NCBI GenBank assembly: GCA_964016885.1
Contig: OZ024745.1
Coordinates: 86,304,001-86,368,000, forward strand
From: Eledone cirrhosa
Taxonomy: Eukaryota
Direction: 5' to 3'
DNA: 64,000 nt
Each line of letters opens with the position of its first letter. Within the stretch, counting starts at the first letter, position 1. Below the pieces are notes generated by a model. The model did no database searches and was not told the DNA's origin. It saw nothing but the letters and a program-made list of their open reading frames with translations. The position numbers and the translations under genes are program-made. Below are positions 38,987 to 53,187 of this stretch, in pieces.

Positions 38987-39283
38987 TATATATATTTAAA
39001 TAGCTTCTATTATGTTTGGAATATAACTTTCTGGTATGTTCCAAACACCAGATAAATAAGAAATCCCTTCGAAATTACTAGAATTGGTTAATCTTAAAAT
39101 GATAATCTGCCTCTTATTTCCATGTTTGGGCAGATTCATTTATCACATTACTCTTTAAGTTTTTGTAAAACATCTGTGAAATCTAATCAACAAATTTACC
39201 CAGATTTATAATTAATATTATCCTCCTCATATTAATTTTAGAATTTTGTTTTTGACAATTTAAATGTATTTTTTTTTATTTAG

Positions 39284-39373
<90 letters not shown>

Positions 39374-40857
39374 TAAGTTACCACTTCTCAACATTCTACA
39401 GAATCACCACAAAGGTACTTAATCAACTAGCTATTTTCTTAAAAACCTGGCAGCTTAACTCTTTAGCATTTACATTACTCTATATATACTATTGTATTTT
39501 CACAGTAAAGGCTTTACCTCACATAATATCTCATATAATATCGAATCTATGAGATTTTGATATTATTTATTTTGAGAACAATACCTTAACATCAGTATGA
39601 GTGGCCAGTTATGGCTGGTTTGAATAGAAAGAGGTGAGAGAATTATGGCTGGATACAGCCGGTTTAAATGCTACAGGGCTTAAAGCAGTAGTACTTTATA
39701 CATGGATGTGACTTGAAGCAACAGTACTTTATATATGGATGAGACTTAACCCTTTAGCATTTACATTACTCTATATATACTATTATATTTTTGAACAGGA
39801 GGAGGTGACAGAATTCTGGCTGGATATCACTGGTTTAAATGCTAAAGAGTTAACTAATATTGAATGGAGCAAATAGCATTACTAAAAGAAAGTGTATAAA
39901 GCTAATACAAAGAGTTTGTGTATATAATGTAGTTGAAGGACTTGTTAATAGATTGGATTTAGTAGAAGAAAAGAATACTAAGAATTCTAAAAAAAAAAAA
40001 AATGGAATTAATTTTAGCAATTACATCATTGAAGTCACTTTATCCATTCAAAAAACTTAAATTTACTTTACATTTATCATTTGTGGGCCTCACAAGCTGG
40101 AATGGCTCTTCCAACGAGTCCCCCTCACCATCCTCTGTGGAAACATGTTCTCTATTCTGTCTGCGAGCCCCCCCCCCCCCCATCTGCTTATAATAGTGAG
40201 AGATGGGGAGAGCAAGAGAGACGAGGCAGTGACAATGGGAATTTGATTCTTTTATGTTCAGTCCTTGTTAGGAATTTTTTGTTTTATTGCATCAAACATT
40301 TTGTGATGCTCTTTGCCATAGTTCAGTGGCACAGTTTTACTGCAAATCAACAAAATAAATAATAAATTAAAGAGAACTCAACAGTATTTATTTTAGATAC
40401 AATTTTGTATTTTGAAATAAACTTTACACATTGAAAATACATAGTTACATACTTGATTACCTCAAATTATTAATTAATATAAGTTGAATACAGAAGACAC
40501 GACTTCCCACGGGTACAAGCCAAAGCTAAAGCATGTAGACAGTATGCTCCCACCCCCTCCACACTGTAAAGTGGTCATGTAAGCGCCACAGTAAAAAGCA
40601 CCCAGTCCACACTGTAAAGTGGTTGTGGAGGTATCACAACAAAAAGCACCCAGTACTCACTGTAAATGTGGTTGGTGTTAGGAAGGGCATCCAGCTGTAG
40701 AAACCAAGCCCAAATCAGTTCTGTGTGAGCAAGCTTTGTGACTTGGCTTTGCCCACAACAGGACGACTCGTCTAACCCATGCTAGTGTGGAAGAATGAAC
40801 GTAAAACGGTGATGATGATAAATATTGATAACTTTGAATTTATTGATGTAATTATAA

Positions 40858-41046
<189 letters not shown>

Positions 41047-43339
41047 TAATTAGGATTGATATTTTATTTTATTAATATTCTTTTGAGTATTAAGTATGGC
41101 TTTGACATACTCTCAGGTCCCAAATAATAGTGGTGGGGGTATGCAAGGGAGATGGAATAAGCAGGGATGTGGAAAAAGTGTGAGGGGGGGGGGTCTGAAA
41201 AATTAATAAGCAGGTAGGGAGAGGGCATTATTTGAAACCTGAGAGTAGCTGGCTTCTCATTGCAGTTTGAATCAGTGGAGTTGGACAAAAGGAATGGCAA
41301 AAGGCCAAATGGTAATACAATCTTCTCATTCCATGGACCTGACATGCAATACTTTCTTCCCCCAGCAACCTGGTGAATTCACTGGAAGACCCAGCTTTCA
41401 TTGCCTGACAAACTGAAGCTTGCAAGTTATTTAAGTACCAGCCACTTTCTGATAAGTTTATTATTAAACCTATAGCTGTGGAAACTTCTGGCCTCCTTCG
41501 TTCCTGAACCACCTCTCTGGAATGAAAAGAATTACCTACAAGAATGAACCAAACAAGTTGGACTAGCTCCTTCAGCATATCTCCTTTGTTTACATATGTT
41601 CCTGTACTCTAGAGGACTGTTCAGTTGTGTCAAAAGCAAAACCTATCTTGTGTTGGTAACATAATAAAATGCATCCAGTAAAATATGTACAGTGGTTGGT
41701 GAAATCAAGAGCATCTAACGATAGAAAACTTTCCAAACATAATGAAATTTGCCAAAAAAAATGTTGAGAGGACATAAAACCATCTTCTCTCTTGCATACA
41801 ACATCCAATTCCTCTTCTGCTTAGTTTTTCTCTCAGTTCTGTTCATGTACATAACATTACGCATCTATAACAGAATACTCCTATGTTTTACCGGCAAAGA
41901 TTCGAAACCAAATCTGAGCTGTCCCGCCTCTGGGACAATCTATCGTTCTCGCAAATGGAATGTACATTTATCATCATTGTCTTGACAGGAGTCAAGACAA
42001 CGATGATAAATGTACATTCCATTTGACCTGTGACCCCAATCTCTTGGGAGATGCTAACCACAGGTCAGATCATAAATCAACCTCATATATCCATCCTTCT
42101 AACTTTAGCACTTATTATAAATACAAGGAGTTGAGGAACCCAGAGTCCAGAATCGAAGCAGCAGTCAACAGACAATAAGTAATGTAGGCATTAGTAAAAC
42201 TTTCACCCTATCTTTCTGTTGGTCCTTACTGGCTTGCCCTCTCGGCCACTGACACAGCCAGAGAGGTCAGACAAGAAGTGGCAGTCAAGAAGATAACGAT
42301 GTAGCATCAGTAGACCTTTCACTCTACCTTTCTCCTGGCCCTTACTGGCTTACCTTCTTGGCCAGACAGCCAGCCAGCCATGCCTGCCTGACAGATTGAC
42401 CACTACTACTACTACTATAAGAATAAGACATTCTAAGAATAGGTACACACACACACATAGTAAGTTCATATTGTTTATATTATACTATCATCCTATTCTA
42501 CCTGTAATATTGTATCTGCAAGACACAACACAACTCATACTATATAGTCTTCTCTGATACATGCATTCACGTAGCTCGTAGCAGCTACCAATTTACTGTA
42601 CAGATATTTTCATGTCATAAATTTTATTACTCAGTGTTCAAATCGAATATTGTTATTATAAAATAAACATTAAGAACTCAATCATGGCATTATTCTTTTC
42701 ATCAAAACTACCATACAAAGGATACCATTTATCCATTACACATCCACCAGAGTAAACTCACTTCATTTCTTTCTAGTCTTTCCAGGTGAAATGTGTTCTT
42801 TGACTGCAATCTTCTGTTGTCAAAGCTCACTTCTCAGTGCCATGTAACACAACATTTTTGACACAAGCACCATACAGTCAACCCTTCATTCTGTGAGAGA
42901 AACCTGTTATTACTGTAGTTACAGCCTAGCATGTGACTGTGGGAACCCTGACTAGACAGTACTGTATGTTGTTCGTGATTGCCTTCTTGGACGTTTTCTT
43001 GGCAGCCTGGAAGCAATCCATAATGCTGCAAATGAGGCCTTGGTCTGGGTCGCCAGTCTCCAACATCCTCTCTAGCTACTGTGCATATGTCATACGACAT
43101 GAACTCTAATTACCACACTTTCAGAGCATCCTCCCCTACAGCTAATAAGGTCACCTAGGTGACAAAAGCTATCAACAACCTCTAGGTAGCCTCCCAGGCA
43201 ATTGATGGAATCTATTTAATGTGTTCTTTTACTGCTTGCTTTTCCTATGTATCTATCTCACACAAAGTCTATATAGTTGATTTAGCATTAAAACAGTAGT
43301 AATGGTTTCGATTATTTTCAGTGTACAAATATTTTTTAA

Positions 43340-43522
<183 letters not shown>

Positions 43523-44550
43523 TAACCATCACAGATTTATATAATAGTTTTATTGATTCATCCTTCTCATTCTAAGATCCTATCTATCTTTTAAATCTAT
43601 TCATTTATCCACAATTATTTTTTTAGTTTTAGTTTCTGAATTTCTTCTGAACATTTCATTTATCACTAATTTTTATTCACAGTTGTATAAATAACATTAC
43701 AAATTGTTCAGTTCTTTCAGACTGAAAATATAAACACATATGATAAATACAATTAACTATTGCTAGGAACCTTACAAATACAACATACCAATATATATGA
43801 TCAAAGTGAGAGAAAGAAGAAAAAAATTTTACAATAATTCATGATATTTTATAATCATTTATAGTAATTAGTTTTCTTAGATTCATATATTTGAACAATC
43901 AGATATAAATATTTACTCTTGTTTGAAATCTCTATTTATGATAAACCCCCATAACTTCTTCACGCACTTATTCTTGAGAGGGTCAATTGTCCTCAAACAC
44001 ATTCCAATGGGAAGATTATGTAAACCCCTCTATCTACTCTCTAATTCTGTTTGTTAGTTTACTTGTATACACCTTTAAGGTGAGATAATTTCAGATATTA
44101 ATTTTGGAATTTTGCCCCTACTAATATGTTTTATATCCTATAAGAAACGAGAAGTTATATTTGTAAGAATTATTACCTGTTACACCATTTTATATTTTAT
44201 ACTCATTCTTATACATCTTGGTTATCACATTTAACATCATGAAGGCACATAGCCTAGTGGTTAGGGTTTGGGACTTACAATCATAATATTGTGCACTGTG
44301 AATAAAACACTTAATTTTCATGTTACACCGATACACTCAGCTGATACCAGTAATACCTGGAGGCTGAACCTTGCAATAAATTGGCATCCTGTCCAGGGGA
44401 TAGTTTTGTACTCCCAGTTGCTTAATGCTGATGAAACTGAGATAAGAACCAGTCTGATGCACCTCAGAACTTGGGAGGGGGAAAAAAAGAGGAAAAAAAA
44501 CATTTAATGTATGAGAAATATTCTTTCCTTTCCAATTCTTATTCTTTTAG

Positions 44551-44650
44551 GAACATTTCTGGAGTTTGGATGAAACTGAATTAAATATTGCACCAAATTT
44601 CATGCTTCAAGTTTGGGACAATGATACCTTTTCTGCGGATGACTTTTTAG
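44551..44650 (+). CDS. MYOF: Ferlin exon, C2F
   Basis: ttttag|GAA...G|gtataa. EHFWSLDETELNIAPNFMLQVWDNDTFSADDFL. Phase 0-1. Confidence 0.95.
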
Positions 44651-44674
44651 GTATAAATTTTCTTTCTTTTACAT

Positions 44675-44932
44675 GTACAGCCCACATTGTAAAGTGGTCA
44701 TGTAGGTGTCACAACAGAGAGCACCTAGCCCACATTGTAAAGTAGTCGTGTAGGTGTCACAATAAAACGTACCCAGCCCACACTGTAAAGTGGTCGTGTA
44801 GGTCACAAGGAGCACCCAGTCCACACTGTAAAGTGGTTGTGTTGGTGTCACGACAAAAGGCACCCAGCCCACACTGTAAAGTAGTCGTGAAGGTGTCATG
44901 ACAAAAAGCACCCAGCACACACTGTAAATGTG
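44675..44932. repeat. 48-bp tandem repeat, about 6 units, within an RTE-tail element
   Basis: ccacactgtaaagtggtcgtgtaggtgtcac...aagcacccag at 44681, 44729, 44777, 44820, 44868 and 44916. Confidence 0.85.
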
Positions 44933-45184
44933 GTTGGCATAAAAACCTAGCCAGAAACAGTTCTATATGAGCAAGACATGGTCACCTGACCTGACATGCC
45001 TCTTATAGGATAACCCGTCTAACCCATGCTACCATGGAAAATGAACATTAAACGATGATGATGATAATGCAGTATTGTGTATTTATTTGGTTTCTAGATA
45101 TATACTAGTGGTTTTTAAATCGTTTGACACTAATCTATATATTGATATCACCAGTGAAGCATGCCTCAGTGAGGTTAGGTTCAT

Positions 45185-45358
45185 GCAGGGACCTGTAATA
45201 TATTGTATAAATGGGCCCAGGGTCTGTAGTATAGTTTATAAAGGGTCTCAGGGCCTGAGTATATTGTATAAAAAGGCTCAGGGTCTGTAGAATATTGTAT
45301 AAAAGGGCTCTGTGGATGTAGCATATTTTATAAAGGAACCCAGGGCCTGTAGTATATT
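45185..45358. repeat. About 30-bp degenerate minisatellite
   Basis: cagggcctgtagtatattgtataaagggct-like units. Confidence 0.7.
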
Positions 45359-45610
45359 AAGGAGCCCTAAATTTTAAAAAAATTTGACCTAAACCAAAAC
45401 ACTTATCTTATCAAACCATATTGATGTTTATGGATCCAACAGCATATTTAAAAGACCAAAGTATGTAAATCAGTTAGTATGAAATGAATACAAGAGTTTC
45501 ACTATTTATTATTTTACCTAAAGCTTGATATTGACCTGTTAGTTGAAGTGCTTCAAACATTTAGGTTATCCAAACAGATCTGATTTTTTTTCTCTTATTT
45601 TTCTGTTTAG

Positions 45611-45792
45611 GTGTTCTGGAGCTGAATCTCAATTGTATGCCCACTCCAGCCAAGAAAGCCTCCCAATGCAATCTCAAACAAATTCCTACAGCAGGAAGTC
45701 CTCCACTGAAAACATTTTCACTATTTGAACAACGAAGAATTCGTGGCTTTTGGCCATGCTACAGTGAAGACAAGGAAGGCAGGGAGTTAACT
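45611..45792 (+). CDS. MYOF: Ferlin exon, end of C2F (last exon seen in window)
   Basis: gtttag|GT...ACT|gtaagt. VLELNLNCMPTPAKKASQCNLKQIPTAGSPPLKTFSLFEQRRIRGFWPCYSEDKEGRELT. Phase 1-0. The expected following GKVEM... and transmembrane exons were not found in the window. Confidence 0.95.
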
Positions 45793-46116
45793 GTAAGTTT
45801 CTTGTTCTTTTGTTATCTATATGGAAACCGTGATGTGTGTGTATGTATATATATATATGTCATCATCATCATCGTCTATCTTCCAAGCTAGCATGGGTTT
45901 AGAAGGGAATTGTTCCACTTGAGGCAAGATTGGTCATCTTCGTATGGGGCTGTCTGGCAGGTTTTCTATGGCTGGATGCCCTTCCTAACACCAACCACGT
46001 TTAGAGTGTGGACTGGGAGGTTTTTACCGTGTTACCTACACGTGTATATATATATGTGTCATCATTTTTTTTTATAGGACAGTTTTTCCACACTTGCATG
46101 GGGTATATATATATAT

Positions 46117-47241
46117 CAAAAATTAAATTAAGGGTGTCATATCAGAGAGACATGCGCCATATCCACTGTAGAATATGCTCCAAGATTCCAATGAATAGAT
46201 CCAACCATTTTATATCAACTAGAAATTGATTGACATATATATATATCTAAAATAAACAAAAATAAACATATGCAACAATCACAGGGAATAATTTGTAAAA
46301 GTGTGTAAGCACACATAGCTAGGTAGGTAACTAATAAAAGTTTAACTAGAACTTTAAAAATAGATACCTTATAAATTGATTAATCTTCCTTGTATATATT
46401 TCATTAAAGAAATATATTTCACGATCAATCGATCGGTAAACCACAGTAGCCAAATTCCGGATTTTCAACAAGGGAGAAGATTTAATTATCTGTGTTTACA
46501 CAGCAAATTCAAATCTGCAAATGACTAGCAGCACATGTTGCATTTTTTTTAAATACACACATCGTACCAGCTTCATCCCAGTGGAGTGAATAGGGTTATC
46601 GATAACTAGAAATAGCAGCCGAGTCCTTTCAACTGAGTTAGCTCTACAATTAAAGGGCCGTATATATATCCGAAATTAAATTAAGGGTGTCATGTGAGAG
46701 AGACATGCACCATATCCATTGTAGAGCTAACTCAGTTGAAAGGACTCGGCTGCTATTTCTAGTTATCGATAACCCTATTCATGCCACTGGGATGAAGCTG
46801 GTATGATGTGTGTATTTTTAAAAAATGCAACACGTGCTGCTAGTCATTCGCAGATTTGAATTTGCTGTGTAAACACAGATAGTTAAATCTTCTCCCTTGT
46901 TGAAAATCCGGAATTTGGCTACTGTGATTTACCGATTGATTGATGGTGAAATATATACAAGGAAGATTAATCAATTTATAAGGTATCTATTTTTAAAGTT
47001 CTAGTTAAACTTTTATTAGTTACCTACCTAGCTATGTGTGCTTACACACTTTTATAAATTATTCCCTGAGATTGTTTCATATGTTTATTTTAGATATATC
47101 ATCATCATCATCATTTTACGTCCACTTTTCCCTGCTTGCAAGGGTGGGACGGGAACTGATTCTGGCTTGATTTCTACAGCTGGATGCCCTTCCTAACACC
47201 AACCTCCACAGATATATATATATATGTCAATCAATTTGTAG
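46117..47241. mobile_element. Non-coding tandem-plus-fold-back element
   Basis: Direct repeat 46117-46172 and 46670-46725 (period 553). Inverted repeat 46219-46650 versus 46718-47241, interrupted by an RTE-tail piece at 47100-47210. Confidence 0.7.
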
Positions 47242-47260
47242 TATATATATATATATATAT

Positions 47261-47537
47261 GGGAGGCACATGGCTTAGTGGTTAAAGCATTGGCCTTGCA
47301 ATCGAAAGGTTGTGAGTTCAATTCTCAGACCGGGTGATGTGTTGTTTCCTTGAGCAAGACACTTTATTTCACATTGCTCCAGTTTACTCAGCTGTAGAAA
47401 TGAGATGATAGGGACTGGGGTCCCTATCATTCCACTGCAAAGTGGTCGTGGAGGTGCCACGGCAAAAAAGCACCCAGCATCAGTTCCCTTGCAAGCAGGG
47501 AAAAGCGGACGTAAAATGAAATGATGATGATGATGAT
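47261..47537 (+). mobile_element. tRNA-derived SINE with RTE tail
   Basis: Closely similar to 1850-2183, with an internal deletion in the tail. Confidence 0.8.
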
Positions 47538-47695
47538 ATATATTTTGAGTATATATTGATTGTTTACCAACACCTCAGTATGCAGATTGGAGTACTCGAC
47601 GAACTATGCAGGTTGGTTTGTTTACTCCGGAATAATGGAAAATAATTAAGTAAAATTTGTAAAATTTGGCTTCATTTATTATAAATTAGTGATAT

Positions 47696-47750
47696 ACTGC
47701 TATATATATTTCGGTGACAGCCATCATTGGCTGTGACCTCTTCAGGCAGT
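47696..47750 (-). ncRNA. Minimal type I hammerhead ribozyme
   Basis: Minus strand: actgc-CTGAAGA-ggt.c.acagcca-atga-tggctgt.c.acc-GAAA-T-ATAT-ATA^gcagt. Perfect 5-bp stem I, long stem II, palindromic stem III. Confidence 0.8.
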
Positions 47751-48231
47751 CCGGATTGGTGAGAAAGACAGGTACACATGTTGTTGAAGTGTGTTTTACT
47801 CCGTCAATACATCGATATGTCCAGCTTCTGGTTGTGTTGTTTTTTTTCTCTGAGGAACTGGAATCATATCATTCTGAAGGCGGCCGACCGGGGTAGAAGC
47901 TGCTAAATGTTCAGTCACCCTCATGTCTCTGATTTTCAGCCCCATGGATTTTGTCTATTATATTCCTTTGTTATATTTTGAATACCTGATTACACCGAAT
48001 TCATACTGAACCCGGTCATTGAAATGATCATAGTATAATAAACCTTTTAAGGAATTACACCAGTCCAGCCTCCTGTTATTTTATAATAATTAACTCCGTA
48101 CTCGCACCACCAACTACACAAGTGAATACGGGTGAGTTGCATTACGTTGAATGCTCTCCATAATATTACATCGAGGTTGACCATACGGAATGACCAGTTC
48201 TATCCACTGGTGAACCAACAAACCTAAATAA

Positions 48232-48292
<61 letters not shown>

Positions 48293-48305
48293 TATATACA
48301 TATAC

Positions 48306-49139
48306 ATCATCATCATCACCGTTTTACGTCTGTTTTCTACGCTAGCATGGGTTAGATGGGTTATCCTGTTGTGGGTAGTGTCTGGTCGGCTGACCTTGTC
48401 ATGCTCATAACGGGAACTGATTCTGGCTGGATATCTACAGCTGGATGCCCTTCTTAGCACCAACCTCATTTACAGTGAGTGCTGGGTGCTTTTTTTCCGT
48501 GGCGCCTACACATCCACTTTACAGTGTGGGCTGGGTCCTTTTTTGCCGTGGCACCTCCATGACCACTTTGCAGTGGGAAGGTGTTGGGGCATATTGTCTA
48601 TATGCTTCAGCTTCGGCTTGTACCCATGGGAGGTCGGGTACTCTGTATTACTGCGTGATGCCAGAGGTCACGGTTGTGTGTTATCGCTTTTGAGAGGTGT
48701 AATTGGGTAAGGTCGGCTTTTATCATCTCATCCCAGGTCTTCTTGGGTCTCCCCACTCCGCGGTTTCCATCGACTTCTAGTGCTCTGCACCTTTTAATGC
48801 AACTGTCATCCTTCATACGCATCACATGTCCATACCAACGCAACCGCCTCTCCTGCACAGAGCGTTTGATTCCTTTTATGCTCAGTCTCTCTCTCAATTC
48901 ATTTATGCTTTGCCGTTCGCGTATATTACTATTACACATCCATTTGAGCATGCAGGCTTCGTTTCTTTCTAATATTCAGCGCCCAGGTCTCACTACTATG
49001 TAACATTGCTGTTCGTATACACGCATCATACAGTCTGCCTTTCATTTTGAGAGAAAAGCCTTTTGCAGCTAACAGTGGCAGTAGCTCCCTGAACTTCTTC
49101 CATCCCGTTCTTACCCTAGTTATTCTACTTTCTGAACAC
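48306..49139 (-). mobile_element. 5'-truncated RTE LINE, subfamily A
   Basis: ORFs 48932-49201 and 48607-48951. The 3' UTR matches 2208-2570. Flanked by TA tracts. Confidence 0.9.
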
Positions 49140-49287
49140 ATATATATATATACATACATATATATACACATACTTATATATACATACATATATATATACA
49201 TATATATTCATATATACATATATATATATATACATATATGTACATATATATATATATACATATATGTACATATATGTACATATATAC

Positions 49288-49327
<40 letters not shown>

Positions 49328-49463
49328 TAGAGCACACGGAATAAATTACCTTTTTATGATGTCTACCTGTTATTATTCATTCTTTATATATATATATATA
49401 TACATACATATATATATATATACATACATATATATATATATATATATACATACATATATATAT

Positions 49464-49494
<31 letters not shown>

Positions 49495-49540
49495 CATACA
49501 TATATATATATATATACATATATATATGTATATATATATG

Positions 49541-49572
<32 letters not shown>

Positions 49573-49705
49573 TAAAGGAGAAAATTGAGAGTGTGTAACA
49601 CGCAACTTATCAGACAGGCAGTATATGGTTAACTCAATGTCTGAAGACAGAGCCGTAATACAATTAACGACAAAGAGCGCTTAGAACATAGGTATATCTT
49701 TAATT

Positions 49706-49749
49706 GCTGACAATGTTTCGTCCACACTAAAAGTGGGACTCTTCAGAGC
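49706..49749 (-). ncRNA. Minimal hammerhead in Penelope 3' pseudo-LTR
   Basis: gct-CTGAAGA-gtcc.cac-tttta-gtg.t.ggac-GAAAC-att-GTC^agc. Confidence 0.75.
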
Positions 49750-51443
49750 TTAAAGAGTAGATACAGAGTATAGAAGCATTAGCAAATCCAAAACAGAAGA
49801 ATATAATGTGGGGATATCATAAGGTGGGAGGAATTTAAAGTATTGTTCATGTACAAGATAAGGATTAACGAATAAAGGATAAAAAAATAAAAAATAAAAA
49901 ATAAAATCAAGCAAAAGATAGTGAATATGAGGAATATACTAATACTAATAAGGATACGGATCTAAAATGTTATCACTCACAGTTGGGTAGGATTATATTA
50001 TGACCGGCAATCATGGAAGCAATGATGTGATTGGTTAACACACAGCTACGTATGCATACACTCACATAAAAGTATACGTATAAGCATGAGCACCCGCATG
50101 CACCTACACGCAAGCACCCATATGCAATACAGAAAGTATACACTAATACAAATAACATATCAAAAACGGATGGGCACATACTCCATACTGTGACAAAATA
50201 TAGCAATAACAGTAGAAACGATGACATATAACATGGAGGAGTACAATATAAAAAATATAATAAATTATAAAAACGTATAAAAATATGGGAACATAAGGAC
50301 ATATAACGGAAGGAACATACATGGTAGGAAACTCATAAGGAGTACACCATAATAGATGAGAAATAAACAATAAAGGAATAAGAATATAAAAAGTATAAAA
50401 TGCATGGTAAAAAAATTTTTTTAAAAGAAGTTAAGAGATAAAAATAGATAAAAAATAAAGTAAAATATACACCATAAAGGAAGGTGTGAATAAAGATGAT
50501 ACTGGCAAAGGTATAAGTTATCATGCTATGTGCAACAAGTGATATACTTAAAATATATAAAATATATAAAAGAAACATACATATAAGGATATATATATAT
50601 ATCAGTCAAAATAATGCATATTTATAAAAATAACTGGGGGTAAAAATTACCTAATAAGGATGATAATGAAGGCATGTAATAATAATAGTAGTATAGGTGC
50701 TAGTTTCCTAATATTGGAAATAATGTCAGTAAATTGAGTTAATAAAATAAAAATAAAAATAAAAATTTTGTTAAATACTAATATAAAGTACTCATGTTTT
50801 AAGAAAATTTAGAAATTATAAGGTGACACTAATATTGATTCATGGTGATATAAGGAATATATCAGGAATACAAGAAAATTTTAGGTGTTGCAATTAACAG
50901 CAGTCCAACAATAGAGTGTTCGAATGAGACCTTTATAAACAGATGCGATGTCCACACTAGATGAGTGGACTATTACAATATAATGGAAACATCCTAGGTT
51001 AGACAATCCCAAAAGTTCATACTTCAAAGTTCAATCCGCAGATGTGCATTCATAAAGTTGAGCACTCAGGCAAAAATTATTGGTTGACAAGATGTATCCA
51101 TAAACATATCTCAAGCAGGAACATATGCTGGGAAGGTTGCAGGCAAATTCTTATATAGCAATGCGAACATCAAAAGGCAAACAATTGAGGTGCATATCAG
51201 TGAATAAAAGCAGGCAAAAGCAGATGGTTCAATATGGTTAAGTGAAGCAGGTTATTATTATGCATACCACTTAATATAAAATACTAAATACAAAATACAA
51301 GTGGGAAATTTAACACTCAACAACGTGCATAGCAAATAGCTTTCAAAGCCGATAACCTCTCAAAATCACAACACTGAGTAACGTCGCTGGCATCACAAGA
51401 ATATAGATAGAAGGCACGCAACAATAGGGTTAGCCCAGAGACA

Positions 51444-51480
<37 letters not shown>

Positions 51481-53155
51481 CATATACATACACATACACA
51501 CACATACACACATAACACCGGTCACCCAAATTTACGCGGATATAGTGCACAAAGTGTCTTACCCAGCTATCAAAAGTCATAAACCCATAACAGGTGTTTT
51601 CACTGGTCACAGATAATATAGTTTCACAGTAATAGAGGAACAACAACCAATAGGAGTAATTAACCAGAGTAATCACGATTAAACTTAAAATTAAACCCTA
51701 TGAGAAGATAAGTATTCACACGTGTAGTCACCAGATTCAAGTATAAACAAACCGTTAATAAATACGGAAGGTTATCAGGGCCAAGACGTTATTATTGGGA
51801 GAATACACACAGAGCGTCAATCTACGGAAGGCCAACTGTGCCAAAAACACAACACCAGGCAAAAACACCACAAAATCAGCATGTAAACTGTGAACCGCAG
51901 AGTAGGAGGGTAACACATACATGTACTCCATAACTACTGCCCACGGCGAGATGGCACAGGTCAGCCCACAGTGACTGGCTAAATCACCGTCCAATATGGG
52001 CACAGGCCCATTGGTTTACTCAGTCAACAAAAGTAATTTAAATAAAAGGTGAGGGGCTGGCCAAATATAATCAAATGTGCATCTTATAACGCAGTACACA
52101 CTTTACATAGATGTAATACATCACAACTCATTAGTATATAAAGGTACAAATCAACTCAATACACGTTGGGATAGACCCCCCAGTGCACAACACACACACG
52201 GTGGCTGGGCAAGTATGGATGGGTCATGTCCACTGTACCAAACAGGGGTGCTTATCAACATATACACCAACTCCCATATACCCCTCGATATCAAAATTCC
52301 ATATTCCCATGCAGGCATACATATACACACAGATTCATACACAAACAAACAATATGAGACAATTACACTAGATTACCCAACTGGAGAATTCTGAAAGTGT
52401 TAGCTAATAGGCTTAAAATAAAAGAAAGAGCTTAATATCTGGTGGGGGCAAGAAGAAAATATTTCTGACTTTCTATTAAGCAGGGAGCACTTGGCGAATA
52501 TAATAGAGTGGGATTCCATAAGGCAAAGGTTACATACTCTATTATGAGGAGTATAGGGATGGGATTTAGCAACTTGCCGCCAAGTGAGGGTGTACTGTGT
52601 TCGTGCATTTTTTAAATTGTGGACGTGCGCTGCCAAGGAAGTAGAATTCTTAAGTTTATTATGTCTAAATGTACACTGGTGAGAGTTGAATCTGGTTTTA
52701 AAAGAGGTGGAAGTTGATCCAATATAAGTTTTAGTGGATGCAGTAGTTACCACATCACACGCATAAACTATGTTTCTAGTAAGGCAGAAACCATTCAGGG
52801 GGCAGCTTGAAGCCCTTCTACAGTTACAGTTTCTGGTGATGCTATTATCTAAATGATAACTAGCTTGCTGACTACGGGTATTCAAGCTATCACTGCCGAG
52901 TCGGTGCTTTCTCCTAGGTGTAAGGTGTCCAGGCCTTCCTTAATTTTCTTATTATTAGTATTGGCTAGATGAGAGGCCAGATTTTGGGTTGTAGAATACG
53001 AAAGTTTAACCACATTCATATTAAGGATAGAATGGTACTTATTACCAGGAGGGAAGTTCCTTTCCAACATAGAGAAGAAGGCCCTAGGAATATTCGTAGC
53101 TACTTCAGAGTTAAATGGGGGGTTAAAATATGTATTCAATCTTCTATTCTTTTTA

Positions 53156-53187
<32 letters not shown>

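Noticed and set aside
41900-42780. Possible solo LTR or unknown repeat
   Set aside because: The composition is distinct, but I could not establish termini, a TSD, a second copy or coding homology.
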